From Echinimonas agarilytica (GTDB lineage Bacteria > Pseudomonadota > Gammaproteobacteria > Enterobacterales > Neiellaceae), in the NCBI RefSeq assembly GCF_023703465.1, contig NZ_JAMQGP010000008.1:27527-51526 (forward strand): a DNA stretch of 24,000 nucleotides. Direction: 5' to 3'. The position numbers and the translations under genes are program-made. How positions within the stretch are numbered: the first letter of the stretch is position 1; every line of letters begins with the position of its first letter. The notes beneath the pieces were generated by a model that searched no databases, was not told where the DNA came from, and saw only the letters and a list, made by a program, of their open reading frames with translations. Shown here one piece after another: positions 16,002 through 24,000 of this stretch.

Positions 16002-18395
16002 ATGATTCATCACTCCAAGTTCTTCGCCTCTATTATGAAGTGGCCATTGAAACTATTGGTTCATACGCGTCCAATTTGTTCTGACGCGATTGAAACGCTG
16101 GCTGAAACCAAACAGCCCGTGGTTTATGTCATGGAGAACGATTCTGCCGTTGATACCATGATGCTTGCTGAGATTACCTCCAAAGCTGGCCTTCCCAGTC
16201 CATATAGTCACAGCGCACATCCGTCTGTTTTATTTATTAGTGGTAAGCGATTTGGTAGGACTCACCAAACTAGATTGAAAAAAGCGCTTCGCGCCTTGTT
16301 GGAAGCTCACAAGGCTTCCCCCGAACTCGATATTCAGCTGCTGCCGGTGCAGCACTTTTGGGGGAGAAATCCCGGCAAGACAAAAGCTGGATTATTGTCT
16401 TGGTTGGCCGAACGCCCAACCCCGGGTTGGCTCCGTAAAGCGTGGACGGTTCTGTTTCTTGGACGCTCTCATTTCGTGCGTTTAGCCACACCTGTATCAT
16501 TACACGAATTTGCCGAGCGCTTTGGCGACAATGACAAAAGTGCTCACCGTATTGCCCGTTTGGCCCGCGCCCATTTTTATCGTCAACGTTTGGCCTCTAC
16601 GGGTCCTCGTTTACCGAATCATAAGCGCATGTTTAAAGAGCTGTCGAAAAACCCAGCAATTGCGCAAATCACCGATGCAGATCCGGGCAAACAAGAGCAG
16701 ATGCGCGCACAAGCTCAAGTGTATATGAAGGAGATTGCTGCTACGTATTCTAATACTTTGGTGGTGATATTAGATCGCTTCATGACGTGGTTATGGAACC
16801 GCATTTATGGCGGCATCAACATCAACAACATGGAACAGGTACGCCAACTCGCTGAATCCGGGAAGGAAATCGTCTACGTACCTTGCCACCGAAGCCATAT
16901 GGATTACATGCTGCTTAGTTATGTGATTTATCAACAAGGCTTGGTTCCCCCTCATATTGCAGCCGGTATTAACTTAAATTTCTGGCCGGCAGGTCCAATA
17001 TTTCGCCGCGGAGGAGCATTCTTTATTCGCCGTTCATTCCGGGGTAACAAGTTGTATTCAACCGTGTTTCGGGAGTATTTGAGTTGGTTGATTAAAGAAG
17101 GCTTTCCTGTCGAATATTTTACCGAAGGGGGTCGCAGCCGCACGGGCAGATTGCTGTCGCCTAAAACCGGTATGTTCGCCATGACAGTTCAAAGCCAATT
17201 GGTTTCTGAATCTCGGCCGATTGTATTTGTGCCTATCTATTTAGGGTATGAGCACGTCATGGAAGTCACCACCTATTTGAAGGAATTAAAAGGCGAAGAT
17301 AAAGAAAAAGAAAGCCTTTGGAACAGCCTGAAGATTATTGGCAAACTGCGCAATTATGGACAAGGTTTTGTCAATTTTGGTACGCCTGTATCACTCGACG
17401 AACACCTCACCAAAATCGCCCCGCAGTGGCGCCAGGAACGTATGGAGGACCGGCCCAAATGGATGTCCCAAGCGGTCAACTCATTGGCTGAGAATGTGAT
17501 GACCGAAATCAACAACTCGGCCGCCGTCAACGGCCTGACTTTAAGCACATTGAGCTTACTGAGCTGCGAGAAAAGAGCGCTGAGCGAACAAAGCCTCGCA
17601 ACATTTATGGATGTATGTTTAAGCCTAGCGCGCAATGCGCCTTACCACGAAAATACCACAGTGCCAGTGCAAACGGGGCAGCAGTTACTAGAACAAACTC
17701 TCGCTCTAGAAAAACTCACCGTGACCAAAGACACCTTTGGCAACGTTGTGAGTCTGGATAAATATGGTCAAGTGGTAATGACTTATTACCGCAATAACAT
17801 CATCCATGTATTTATCATTCCTTCACTGGTTGCTGCGCTAATCGATGCGCGCGACAGCACTAGCAAGCACGATCTGCTGTTCTGCGTTAAGCAATTGTAC
17901 CCATTGCTAAAAGCCGAGTTATTTTTAGGTAAAAACGCAATGACGCTAACCGAGTATGTGGACGCAATCCTTCAAGATTTAGCGCGCCAACAGTTGGTTG
18001 AAATGTCTGCGGAGGGACTCATCACGCCCCCAGAAAAACGCAGCGAAAAGCGCGTACAGTTAAGGCATTTAGGGCAAATATCGGCCGAGACCATTCAACG
18101 CTACTCCGTGGTACTTGAGCTATTAACGCGTAATCCCGACTTAAGTCGTAATCAGCTCGAAAAACTAAGCCGAGCAGTTGCTGAGCAACTCGGTCGTTTA
18201 CACGGTATACGCGCGCCGGAATTTTTCGATAAGCAATTGTTTGCCAGCCTTTGTATTAAGCTAAAAAACATGGAGCTATTGGAACAAACCGAAGAGGCAC
18301 GCCAAGGACTGCAAGGTTTACGTCAGCTCACCTCTGAATTGGTGAGCACCGAGGTGTACCAGTCGATTGTGCAACTACTGAATCAAGACCAATAA
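16002..18395 (+). CDS. plsB: Glycerol-3-phosphate 1-O-acyltransferase PlsB
   Basis: 797 aa. The acyltransferase motif is HRSHMDYMLLSY (Hx4D), with the later blocks FFIRRSF, YFTEGGRSRTGRLL and VPIYLGYE. Size and neighbourhood (lexA, ubiA) match E. coli. Confidence 0.95.
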   Translation: MIHHSKFFASIMKWPLKLLVHTRPICSDAIETLAETKQPVVYVMENDSAVDTMMLAEITSKAGLPSPYSHSAHPSVLFISGKRFGRTHQTRLKKALRALLEAHKASPELDIQLLPVQHFWGRNPGKTKAGLLSWLAERPTPGWLRKAWTVLFLGRSHFVRLATPVSLHEFAERFGDNDKSAHRIARLARAHFYRQRLASTGPRLPNHKRMFKELSKNPAIAQITDADPGKQEQMRAQAQVYMKEIAATYSNTLVVILDRFMTWLWNRIYGGININNMEQVRQLAESGKEIVYVPCHRSHMDYMLLSYVIYQQGLVPPHIAAGINLNFWPAGPIFRRGGAFFIRRSFRGNKLYSTVFREYLSWLIKEGFPVEYFTEGGRSRTGRLLSPKTGMFAMTVQSQLVSESRPIVFVPIYLGYEHVMEVTTYLKELKGEDKEKESLWNSLKIIGKLRNYGQGFVNFGTPVSLDEHLTKIAPQWRQERMEDRPKWMSQAVNSLAENVMTEINNSAAVNGLTLSTLSLLSCEKRALSEQSLATFMDVCLSLARNAPYHENTTVPVQTGQQLLEQTLALEKLTVTKDTFGNVVSLDKYGQVVMTYYRNNIIHVFIIPSLVAALIDARDSTSKHDLLFCVKQLYPLLKAELFLGKNAMTLTEYVDAILQDLARQQLVEMSAEGLITPPEKRSEKRVQLRHLGQISAETIQRYSVVLELLTRNPDLSRNQLEKLSRAVAEQLGRLHGIRAPEFFDKQLFASLCIKLKNMELLEQTEEARQGLQGLRQLTSELVSTEVYQSIVQLLNQDQ

Positions 18396-19276
18396 ATCGA
18401 TGCAATAAAACCAACCGTTATCACCATACCTACACGATTATTGGCTCGAAACGCGGCAAAGCAATGCGCTCTGTCGCGGTTTCTGATCCGCCACAATTGA
18501 TGAATGAACATCAACCCCACCAAGATCAACACCACCGAGGCGAACCACATATAGTCGAGCACGAAACAAAAAGTCGCGAGCAATGCCAACGTGATAGTTT
18601 GCAACAATGCGATCATAGCGATATCAAATCGGCCAAAAAGAATGGCGGTAGACTTAATGCCCACCTCAACATCATCAGCTCGGTCGACCATGGCGTATTC
18701 GGTATCGTATGCGACTGTCCAAGCTAGGTTGGCGCCAAAAAGTATCCAAGCTTGCATTGGTACATCGCCGAGTATCGCTGCATAAGCCATAGGAATCGCA
18801 AAGCTAAAAGCGGCACCTAAAACGAACTGAGGTAGATGCGTCACTCGCTTGGTAAACGGATAAACAGTCGCCAGTGCCAGTGCAGCAAATGACAGTTGAA
18901 TTGTGAGTACATTCAATGTCAGCACTAAACCAAATGCGACTGCACACAAACCAGCAAAGAGCCACAGAGCTTGTTTTTCAGTGACTTGCCCTGTCACCAG
19001 AGGCCTGTTTTGGGTACGTTCCACCGCACCATCCCAGTGGCGATCCGCATAATCGTTAATCACACATCCCGCCGACCGCATTAGTACTACACCCAATACA
19101 AATACTGTCAGAATCCACATCGGCGGAACCCCCATGGCTGCATCCCACAGCGCCCACAATGTAGGCCACATTAAGAGCAAGATGCCCACCGGCTTATCGA
19201 GTCTACACAACTCGATAAGCCCCTGTATTAACGAAATATTGTGCGTTTTTTTTATTATTTTTAAATTATCAGTCAT
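18383..19276 (-). CDS. ubiA: 4-hydroxybenzoate polyprenyltransferase UbiA
   Basis: 297 aa, collinear with E. coli UbiA (DKPVGILLLMWPTLWALW, AGCVINDYADRHWDG, NRPL, AYDTEYAMVDRADDVEVGIKSTAILFG). Confidence 0.95.
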   Translation of the reverse strand: MTDNLKIIKKTHNISLIQGLIELCRLDKPVGILLLMWPTLWALWDAAMGVPPMWILTVFVLGVVLMRSAGCVINDYADRHWDGAVERTQNRPLVTGQVTEKQALWLFAGLCAVAFGLVLTLNVLTIQLSFAALALATVYPFTKRVTHLPQFVLGAAFSFAIPMAYAAILGDVPMQAWILFGANLAWTVAYDTEYAMVDRADDVEVGIKSTAILFGRFDIAMIALLQTITLALLATFCFVLDYMWFASVVLILVGLMFIHQLWRIRNRDRAHCFAAFRANNRVGMVITVGFIASIYWS

Positions 19277-19385
19277 ATCACTATTTGAACAACCTGAGCT
19301 CGATCATGCAATTACGTCGCTATATGGGTAATTATCTGCTTTCACGTGGCAAAGTTAAACTCAACTAAGTACACTTAGCAACATC

Positions 19386-19829
19386 ATGTCATCAAACGAA
19401 TTTATTTGCCCCATGTGGACCCATTTACGACACAGTATTAATGTCGCTTTATTGAGCGTAATAGCCTTAGTTTCAACCATGCACAGTGCACCTGCACAAG
19501 CCGCTGGAGACTTGGCTTACTATGGCTTTGAACCGGACATTGTGACTAATTACATTCGTAAAGGCAGTGATTTAGGGTACATCAGATTAACCGCTGAAAT
19601 CATGGTTGATGGCAATTCCAACCTGGAAATTATTGAACATCATGCGCCGTTGCTGCGTGCCGCCGTGGTTGAAATTTTTGGCCGACAAGCCGAAGAAAAA
19701 GTGAAATCGATTGCCGGCCGTGAAGAGATTCGTCGTCAATGCCTACAAGCTATTAATGATTTATTAGAACAAGAAACCGGCCGGCCACTCGCTGCCGATC
19801 TCCTGTTTACCAAATATCTCTATCATTAA
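19386..19829 (+). CDS. FliL family (flagellar basal body-associated) protein, orphan copy
   Basis: 147 aa with an N-terminal hydrophobic anchor or signal. The FliL-like pattern is YYGFEPDIVTNY...YIRLTAEIMV...HHAPLLRAAVVEIFGRQ...IAGREEIRRQCLQAINDLL...LLFTKYLY. The start could instead be ATG 19413. Confidence 0.65.
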   Translation: MSSNEFICPMWTHLRHSINVALLSVIALVSTMHSAPAQAAGDLAYYGFEPDIVTNYIRKGSDLGYIRLTAEIMVDGNSNLEIIEHHAPLLRAAVVEIFGRQAEEKVKSIAGREEIRRQCLQAINDLLEQETGRPLAADLLFTKYLYH

Positions 19830-19843
19830 GGCTCAGGAGTTGT

Positions 19844-20677
19844 TCAAGATTGCTTTTGTCGCGTGTCGATAAAACCTTGCACAGCTCCAACTAACAGCCC
19901 GCCCAAATGCGCAAAGTTGGCGATATGACTGCCTAATAATCCTGCGAATCCCAAGCCAAGCCACACCAACATAAAGCCGATGTATGCGGGTGGCAGTGCC
20001 AGTGCAGGATAACGCCGATGCGCCACGGCAACATACCCCAATAAAGCATAAACCACGCCGCTCAAGCCGAGAAAGTTAGGGCCCACAACAACACCTTGCA
20101 AACCGTTGCTCAACAATGCGCCCGCCAAAAACAAAGTTATCAGCTTGCCCGCCCCGACTTCGCGTTCAATTCGGCCGCCCAAATACCACCACCACACTAA
20201 ATTGAACAGCAAGTGCGCTAACGCAAAATGCATAATTGCAGGCGTAAAAAGTCGCCAGATCTGGCTCACCTGTTGATCAAATGGTGCCGGAAAGTGCAAC
20301 ATCGAAAACAGATCTTGAGCCAAACCAATCTGGCTCAGCAATCCGATGATCAGAGTCACGGCAAGAATGACTAAGGTGACAGGGCCAGCCTGCACCCAAA
20401 GCTGATGCAATAGCGGTGTACCCGAGCTGCCATAATTAAATTGTACTCGACTGGAGTCTGTTCGCTCCCACGAAGCACTTCGGTAACGCGCATGACTTGG
20501 GTTTTCAGCAAACATTTCAAATTCAGCCCGTGCAGCGTCCAAATCTGAGTTATTTTCAACGCCGATAACAAAGTACTGATCTTGCGTAGCGATATGGCAT
20601 TGCACATTTTTTAACGCCATATAATCTACGAAAGATTGCGCTATTCTGGGGTCATTGAGTCGACCGACAAGGTTCAT
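19844..20677 (-). CDS. glpG: Rhomboid intramembrane serine protease GlpG
   Basis: 277 aa. The N-terminal cytoplasmic domain (RIAQSFVDYMALKNV) and the rhomboid core (HFALAHLLFNLVWWWYLGG, catalytic GLSGVVYAL, FAHLGG) are collinear with E. coli GlpG. ATGA overlaps the glpE stop. Confidence 0.92.
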   Translation of the reverse strand: MNLVGRLNDPRIAQSFVDYMALKNVQCHIATQDQYFVIGVENNSDLDAARAEFEMFAENPSHARYRSASWERTDSSRVQFNYGSSGTPLLHQLWVQAGPVTLVILAVTLIIGLLSQIGLAQDLFSMLHFPAPFDQQVSQIWRLFTPAIMHFALAHLLFNLVWWWYLGGRIEREVGAGKLITLFLAGALLSNGLQGVVVGPNFLGLSGVVYALLGYVAVAHRRYPALALPPAYIGFMLVWLGLGFAGLLGSHIANFAHLGGLLVGAVQGFIDTRQKQS

Positions 20678-21000
20678 GCATCAGTATCCATCAGTTCAGG
20701 GAATTGTTGAGACCAAGCGTCAAAACCACCATCTAAACTATAGACCTGCTCAAACCCTTGGGAGGCCAAAAACTCAGCGGCGGGCTGGCTTGAAATACCA
20801 TGGTAACAGCACACGATCAGCGGGTTTTCGAATTCGCCATTTAAGACAAAGTCAGACACGTTATCGTTATTTAATGACTGTGCTCCTTGCATTCGGGCTG
20901 TACTAAAACTTTTCGGATCACGAATATCTGCGATCTGCACTTCATGGTCTTTCATAAGTTGGCAAGCATCTGCCGGTGAAATGTGTTGAAAGGCTGACAT
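20674..21000 (-). CDS. glpE: Thiosulfate sulfurtransferase GlpE (rhodanese)
   Basis: 108 aa from ATG 21000 (AGGAG 6 nt upstream; the track's TTG 21003 is one codon earlier). It is a single rhodanese domain with the active-site loop CYHGISS. Confidence 0.88.
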   Translation of the reverse strand: MSAFQHISPADACQLMKDHEVQIADIRDPKSFSTARMQGAQSLNNDNVSDFVLNGEFENPLIVCCYHGISSQPAAEFLASQGFEQVYSLDGGFDAWSQQFPELMDTDA

Positions 21001-21056
21001 CAAAAACTCCTATGCGTTAATAGAGTAATTGTATCAGCCTTGAGGAAGACAGGCGA

Positions 21057-21245
21057 TTATGACTGTATTGCGCGTGCTTCTTGAAGGTTGTCAGTGATGT
21101 AGTCGAACACCACTTGCTGTTGGCTCACTACGCTGCCGCTGCCACGACACAGCGAGCATGTATAAGCTTCTCGATAAGATTGGTGACCGTTTGCTCCAAC
21201 TAATACAAGCGAACCGGCTCCATCGCACTCAGGACACACTTCCAT
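21057..21245 (-). CDS. Hypothetical 62-aa zinc-finger microprotein with two DnaJ-type CxxCxGxG motifs
   Basis: CPECDGAG and CSLCRGSG motifs are spaced about 20 aa apart. A good ribosome-binding site is present (GGAG, 7-nt spacer, ATG 21245). I recognise no named family. Confidence 0.55.
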   Translation of the reverse strand: MEVCPECDGAGSLVLVGANGHQSYREAYTCSLCRGSGSVVSQQQVVFDYITDNLQEARAIQS

Positions 21246-21301
21246 CTCGACACTCCGTCAGTATTGAGTTAAGCGCCCAAGCGTAGCGACAGATTAAGAC
21301 A

Positions 21302-21324
21302 TCACCATGACACTTACATGGTGA
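21302..21324 (-). terminator. Hairpin immediately after the tdh stop (candidate kbl-tdh terminator)
   Basis: TCACCATG (21302-21309) pairs with CATGGTGA (21317-21324), giving an 8-bp stem and a 7-nt loop, 2 nt from the tdh TAA. Only a weak U-tract follows. Confidence 0.35.
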
Positions 21325-21326
21325 AT

Positions 21327-22367
21327 TTATGACGTCCAATTCAAAATAACTTTACCGCACTGGCCACTCAGCATGGCATCAAAGCCTTTTTGAAAGTCGT
21401 GCACGGCATATTCATGGGTCAGCATTGGCTCCAGATCCAGCCCCGACTGAACCAGACTGGCCATTTTATACCAGGTTTCAAACATTTCTCGGCCATAAAT
21501 GCCTTTAATCACTAAGCCTTTAAAGATCACCTGATTCCAATCTATCGCCATGGTTGAAGGTGGAATACCCAACAGCGCGATCTTTCCGCCATGGTTCATT
21601 TTGTCGAGCATGTCACTGAATGCACTCGGCACACCCGACATTTCCATTCCCACATCAAACCCCTCCGTCATGCCAAGGTCGGTCATCACATCGTCAAGTG
21701 CCTGTTCGCCAATGTTTACCGCTCTAGTCGCCCCCATCGCCAGAGCCAAATCCAAGCGGTATTGATTCACATCGGTGATCACCACATAGCGGGCCCCACA
21801 ATGGCGAGCCACTGCTGCGGCCATAATACCAATTGGACCTGCACCGGTGATTAACACATCCTCTCCCACTAAATCGAACGATAAAGCGGTGTGCACTGCA
21901 TTGCCAAAGGGGTCAAAAATCGACGCCAAATCATCACTAACGTCGTCTGGTAATTTAAAAGCGTTGTATGCCGGGATCACCAAATATTCGGCAAAGGCGC
22001 CCGCGCGATTTACACCTACACCGTATGTATTTCGGCACAAATGTCTGCGTCCTGCGCGACAATTTCGACAATGCCCACAAGTAATATGGCCTTCACCTGA
22101 AACACGATCCCCGACAGAAAAGCCTGCAACCTCTTGACCCATAGCCACCACCTCACCGGCATATTCATGCCCCACAACCATAGGAACAGGAATGGTGTTT
22201 TGAGACCACTCGTCCCACTTATAAATGTGCAAGTCGGTACCACAAATCGCAGTTTTATGGATTTTGATCAGTAAATCATTGTGACCCACTTCGGGAATGG
22301 GCACTTCCGTCATCCAAATGCCAGGCTCAGATTTTAACTTAGCGAGAGCTTTCATGGTTTGGCTCAT
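21327..22367 (-). CDS. tdh: L-threonine 3-dehydrogenase
   Basis: 346 aa zinc-dependent MDR family protein ([48 protein letters not shown]). ATGA overlaps the kbl stop, as expected for a kbl-tdh operon. Confidence 0.95.
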   Translation of the reverse strand: MSQTMKALAKLKSEPGIWMTEVPIPEVGHNDLLIKIHKTAICGTDLHIYKWDEWSQNTIPVPMVVGHEYAGEVVAMGQEVAGFSVGDRVSGEGHITCGHCRNCRAGRRHLCRNTYGVGVNRAGAFAEYLVIPAYNAFKLPDDVSDDLASIFDPFGNAVHTALSFDLVGEDVLITGAGPIGIMAAAVARHCGARYVVITDVNQYRLDLALAMGATRAVNIGEQALDDVMTDLGMTEGFDVGMEMSGVPSAFSDMLDKMNHGGKIALLGIPPSTMAIDWNQVIFKGLVIKGIYGREMFETWYKMASLVQSGLDLEPMLTHEYAVHDFQKGFDAMLSGQCGKVILNWTS

Positions 22368-23563
22368 GATGGAATAACTCCGAGCTCTTGACCCACTTCG
22401 ATAAATGCTGAAATTGCATGATCAAGCTGTGCTTGAGAGTGTGCCGCAGACATTTGTGTGCGAATACGCGCTTGGCCCTGTGGCACTACAGGAAACGAAA
22501 AGCCAACGACGTAAACGCCGCGCTGCATCATGCGCTTGGCCATTTCTCCGGCCAGTTTCGCATCGCCCAGCATGACTGGGATAATGGCATGATCAGCTCC
22601 GCTTAATGTAAAACCTGCAGCGGTCATTTGCTCACGAAAATAACGGGAGTTTTGCTTCAACAGATGTCGCAACGCATCGCCTTGTTGAAGTAACTCAAGT
22701 ACTCGAATAGAAGCGCTGACGATTGAAGGTGCCAACGAATTTGAAAACAAATAGGGCCGCGAGCGCTGGCGAAGCCAATCAATGACCTCTTTTTTGCCCG
22801 AGGTAAAGCCACCCGATGCTCCTCCCATGGCTTTGCCTAGCGTGCCGGTAATGATATCAACACGCTCCATCACTTGATGATGCTCATGACTCCCTCGACC
22901 AGACGCTCCAACAAACCCTACCGCGTGACTGTCATCCACCATGACCAAGGCGTTGTATTGCTCTGCCAAGTCACAAATACCAGGCAGGTTTGCAATAATA
23001 CCGTCCATGGAAAACACGCCATCTGTTGCAATCAATTTATATCGAGCGCCTGCTGCATCGGCCGCTTTGAGTTGCGTTTCGAGGTCGCTCATATCATTGT
23101 TTTTGTAACGGAATCGCTTGGCTTTACACAGCCTTACACCGTCGATAATGGATGCATGGTTGAGTGCATCAGAAATAATAGCGTCATCTGGCCCTAATAT
23201 GGTCTCGAACAAGCCTGCATTGGCATCAAAGCATGATGAATACAAAATGGTGTCTTCAGTGCCCAGAAAGTCAGATAACTTCAACTCAAGCTCTTTATGT
23301 TGATCTTGAGTGCCACAAATAAAGCGAACAGACGCCATCCCAAAACCATATTTCTCCAAACCGCGCTTTGCCGCTTGGATTAATTCAGGGTGGTTTGCCA
23401 GTCCTAAATAATTATTGGCACAGAAGTTCACAACCTTCTGTTGGTCCTGAACGTCAATTTCAGCATCTTGCGCTGAACGAATAAAATGCTCGGATTTATA
23501 CAGGCCAAGCTCTTTAAGCTCGTTTAACTGCGCACCAAGGGATTGATAGAAGGGCTGTGTCAT
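22364..23563 (-). CDS. kbl: Glycine C-acetyltransferase (2-amino-3-ketobutyrate CoA ligase)
   Basis: 399 aa PLP-dependent alpha-oxoamine synthase ([24 protein letters not shown], and the PLP lysine context TGTLGKA.GGASGG). Confidence 0.95.
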   Translation of the reverse strand: MTQPFYQSLGAQLNELKELGLYKSEHFIRSAQDAEIDVQDQQKVVNFCANNYLGLANHPELIQAAKRGLEKYGFGMASVRFICGTQDQHKELELKLSDFLGTEDTILYSSCFDANAGLFETILGPDDAIISDALNHASIIDGVRLCKAKRFRYKNNDMSDLETQLKAADAAGARYKLIATDGVFSMDGIIANLPGICDLAEQYNALVMVDDSHAVGFVGASGRGSHEHHQVMERVDIITGTLGKAMGGASGGFTSGKKEVIDWLRQRSRPYLFSNSLAPSIVSASIRVLELLQQGDALRHLLKQNSRYFREQMTAAGFTLSGADHAIIPVMLGDAKLAGEMAKRMMQRGVYVVGFSFPVVPQGQARIRTQMSAAHSQAQLDHAISAFIEVGQELGVIPS

Positions 23564-23626
23564 GAGGTCACCAAACCAATAAGTAGTCAGGTGTATTCTA
23601 GCCTGTTAGATACATTTTCAAGAATT

Positions 23627-23649
23627 TCTGAGCGCGTTCTGCGCCCAGA
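23627..23649 (-). terminator. Imperfect GC-rich hairpin downstream of the TetR-like gene (candidate terminator)
   Basis: The minus strand reads TCTGGGCGC-AGAAC-GCGCTCAGA (9-bp stem with one mismatch), followed by AAATTCTTG. It lies 29 nt after the stop. Confidence 0.3.
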
Positions 23650-23677
23650 TAACATTTTCGGATATGGAAACTAACGC

Positions 23678-24000
23678 TTACAAGTCACTTCGGGCTCGGT
23701 AGGTATCTTGCAATGCATCAAAATCAGCCAAGGCACTTTCTGTCGCGTAAGGTTTCACCAAAGCAATTAACTTCACCACACCGTCATACACTGCTGGAAC
23801 TTCAATTTTCACATCGCTGGATTGACACATCTGATAACTAATCCAAAATGCCACAACCATTTTGATCAGCTGCACTAAATCGACAATGGAGGCATCATCA
23901 ATATCAATCACATCACAGTCTCTAAAGGCTTTTAGGATCACACCGGTCCGTTCTGAAATTTGCTCTTGAACGGCTAAGTACTTTTGCTGCAACGATTCAT
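23678..24000 (-). CDS. TetR/AcrR-like transcriptional regulator, C-terminal effector domain only (5' end off window)
   Basis: The frame stays open to base 24000. The sequence ...ILKAFRDCDVI.IDDASIVDLVQLIKMVVAFWISYQM...VYDGVVKLIALVKPYATESAL resembles the TetR C-terminal 'bacterial transcriptional repressor' domain (PF13972-like) as I recall it. The HTH part is not in the window. Confidence 0.45.
   Translation of the reverse strand, partial: ESLQQKYLAVQEQISERTGVILKAFRDCDVIDIDDASIVDLVQLIKMVVAFWISYQMCQSSDVKIEVPAVYDGVVKLIALVKPYATESALADFDALQDTYRARSDL

Noticed and set aside
19340-19385. CAAAGTTA...GTACACTT upstream of the FliL-like gene as a sigma28 promoter.
   Set aside because: The -35-like half is acceptable, but the -10 region does not resemble GCCGATAA.
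21550-23303. Several plus-strand ORFs antisense to tdh and kbl.
   Set aside because: They are shadow ORFs inside two strongly conserved enzymes.
1-24000. A window-wide search for CRISPR repeats, tRNA or rRNA genes, long direct repeats, integrases, toxin-antitoxin pairs or known defence-system signatures.
   Set aside because: By-eye reading found none. All long ORFs are accounted for by housekeeping families. The non-coding gaps are short, apart from the cox promoter region.

Overview
This window reads as a conserved chromosomal core region of a gamma-proteobacterium at roughly 47% GC. Gene order resembles what I recall for Alteromonadales or Shewanella-like genomes, mixed with E. coli-like blocks. 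I see no CRISPR array, tRNA or rRNA gene, transposase, integrase or phage gene.

Gene content, left to right:
- tex (3' part).
- An uncharacterised two-gene module: a microprotein resembling the flagellar rod C-terminus, plus an HExxH SprA-related protein.
- bioH, divergent from comF/gntX and nfuA.
- A small 2-TM ORF.
- A long minus-strand run: lexA-sulA, an AT-rich regulatory gap, then a complete aa3/caa3-type cytochrome c oxidase structural and assembly cluster. That cluster is coxB(cyt c fusion)-coxA-ctaG-coxC, an antisense twin-TM microgene, then surf1, a CxxxC protein, ctaA, cyoE and sco. The run ends in a translationally coupled dinF-type MATE gene.
- plsB, convergent with ubiA.
- An orphan FliL-like gene.
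- glpE-glpG.
- A stand-alone double CxxCxGxG zinc-finger microprotein.
- kbl-tdh.
- The 3' end of a TetR-like regulator.

Regulatory sites I can read directly are two tandem LexA (SOS) boxes upstream of lexA, an extended -10 promoter for plsB, several hairpins and palindromes, and a promoter upstream of the rod-like microprotein that fits either sigma70 or sigma28.

I do not see a convincing new defence or mobile system. The best leads are the uncharacterised microprotein/HExxH pair, the unnamed CxxxC protein and the antisense microgene inside the cox cluster, the oxidase cluster sitting between lexA and dinF, and the zinc-finger microprotein.

All protein identifications come from motif and family recall, with no database search.
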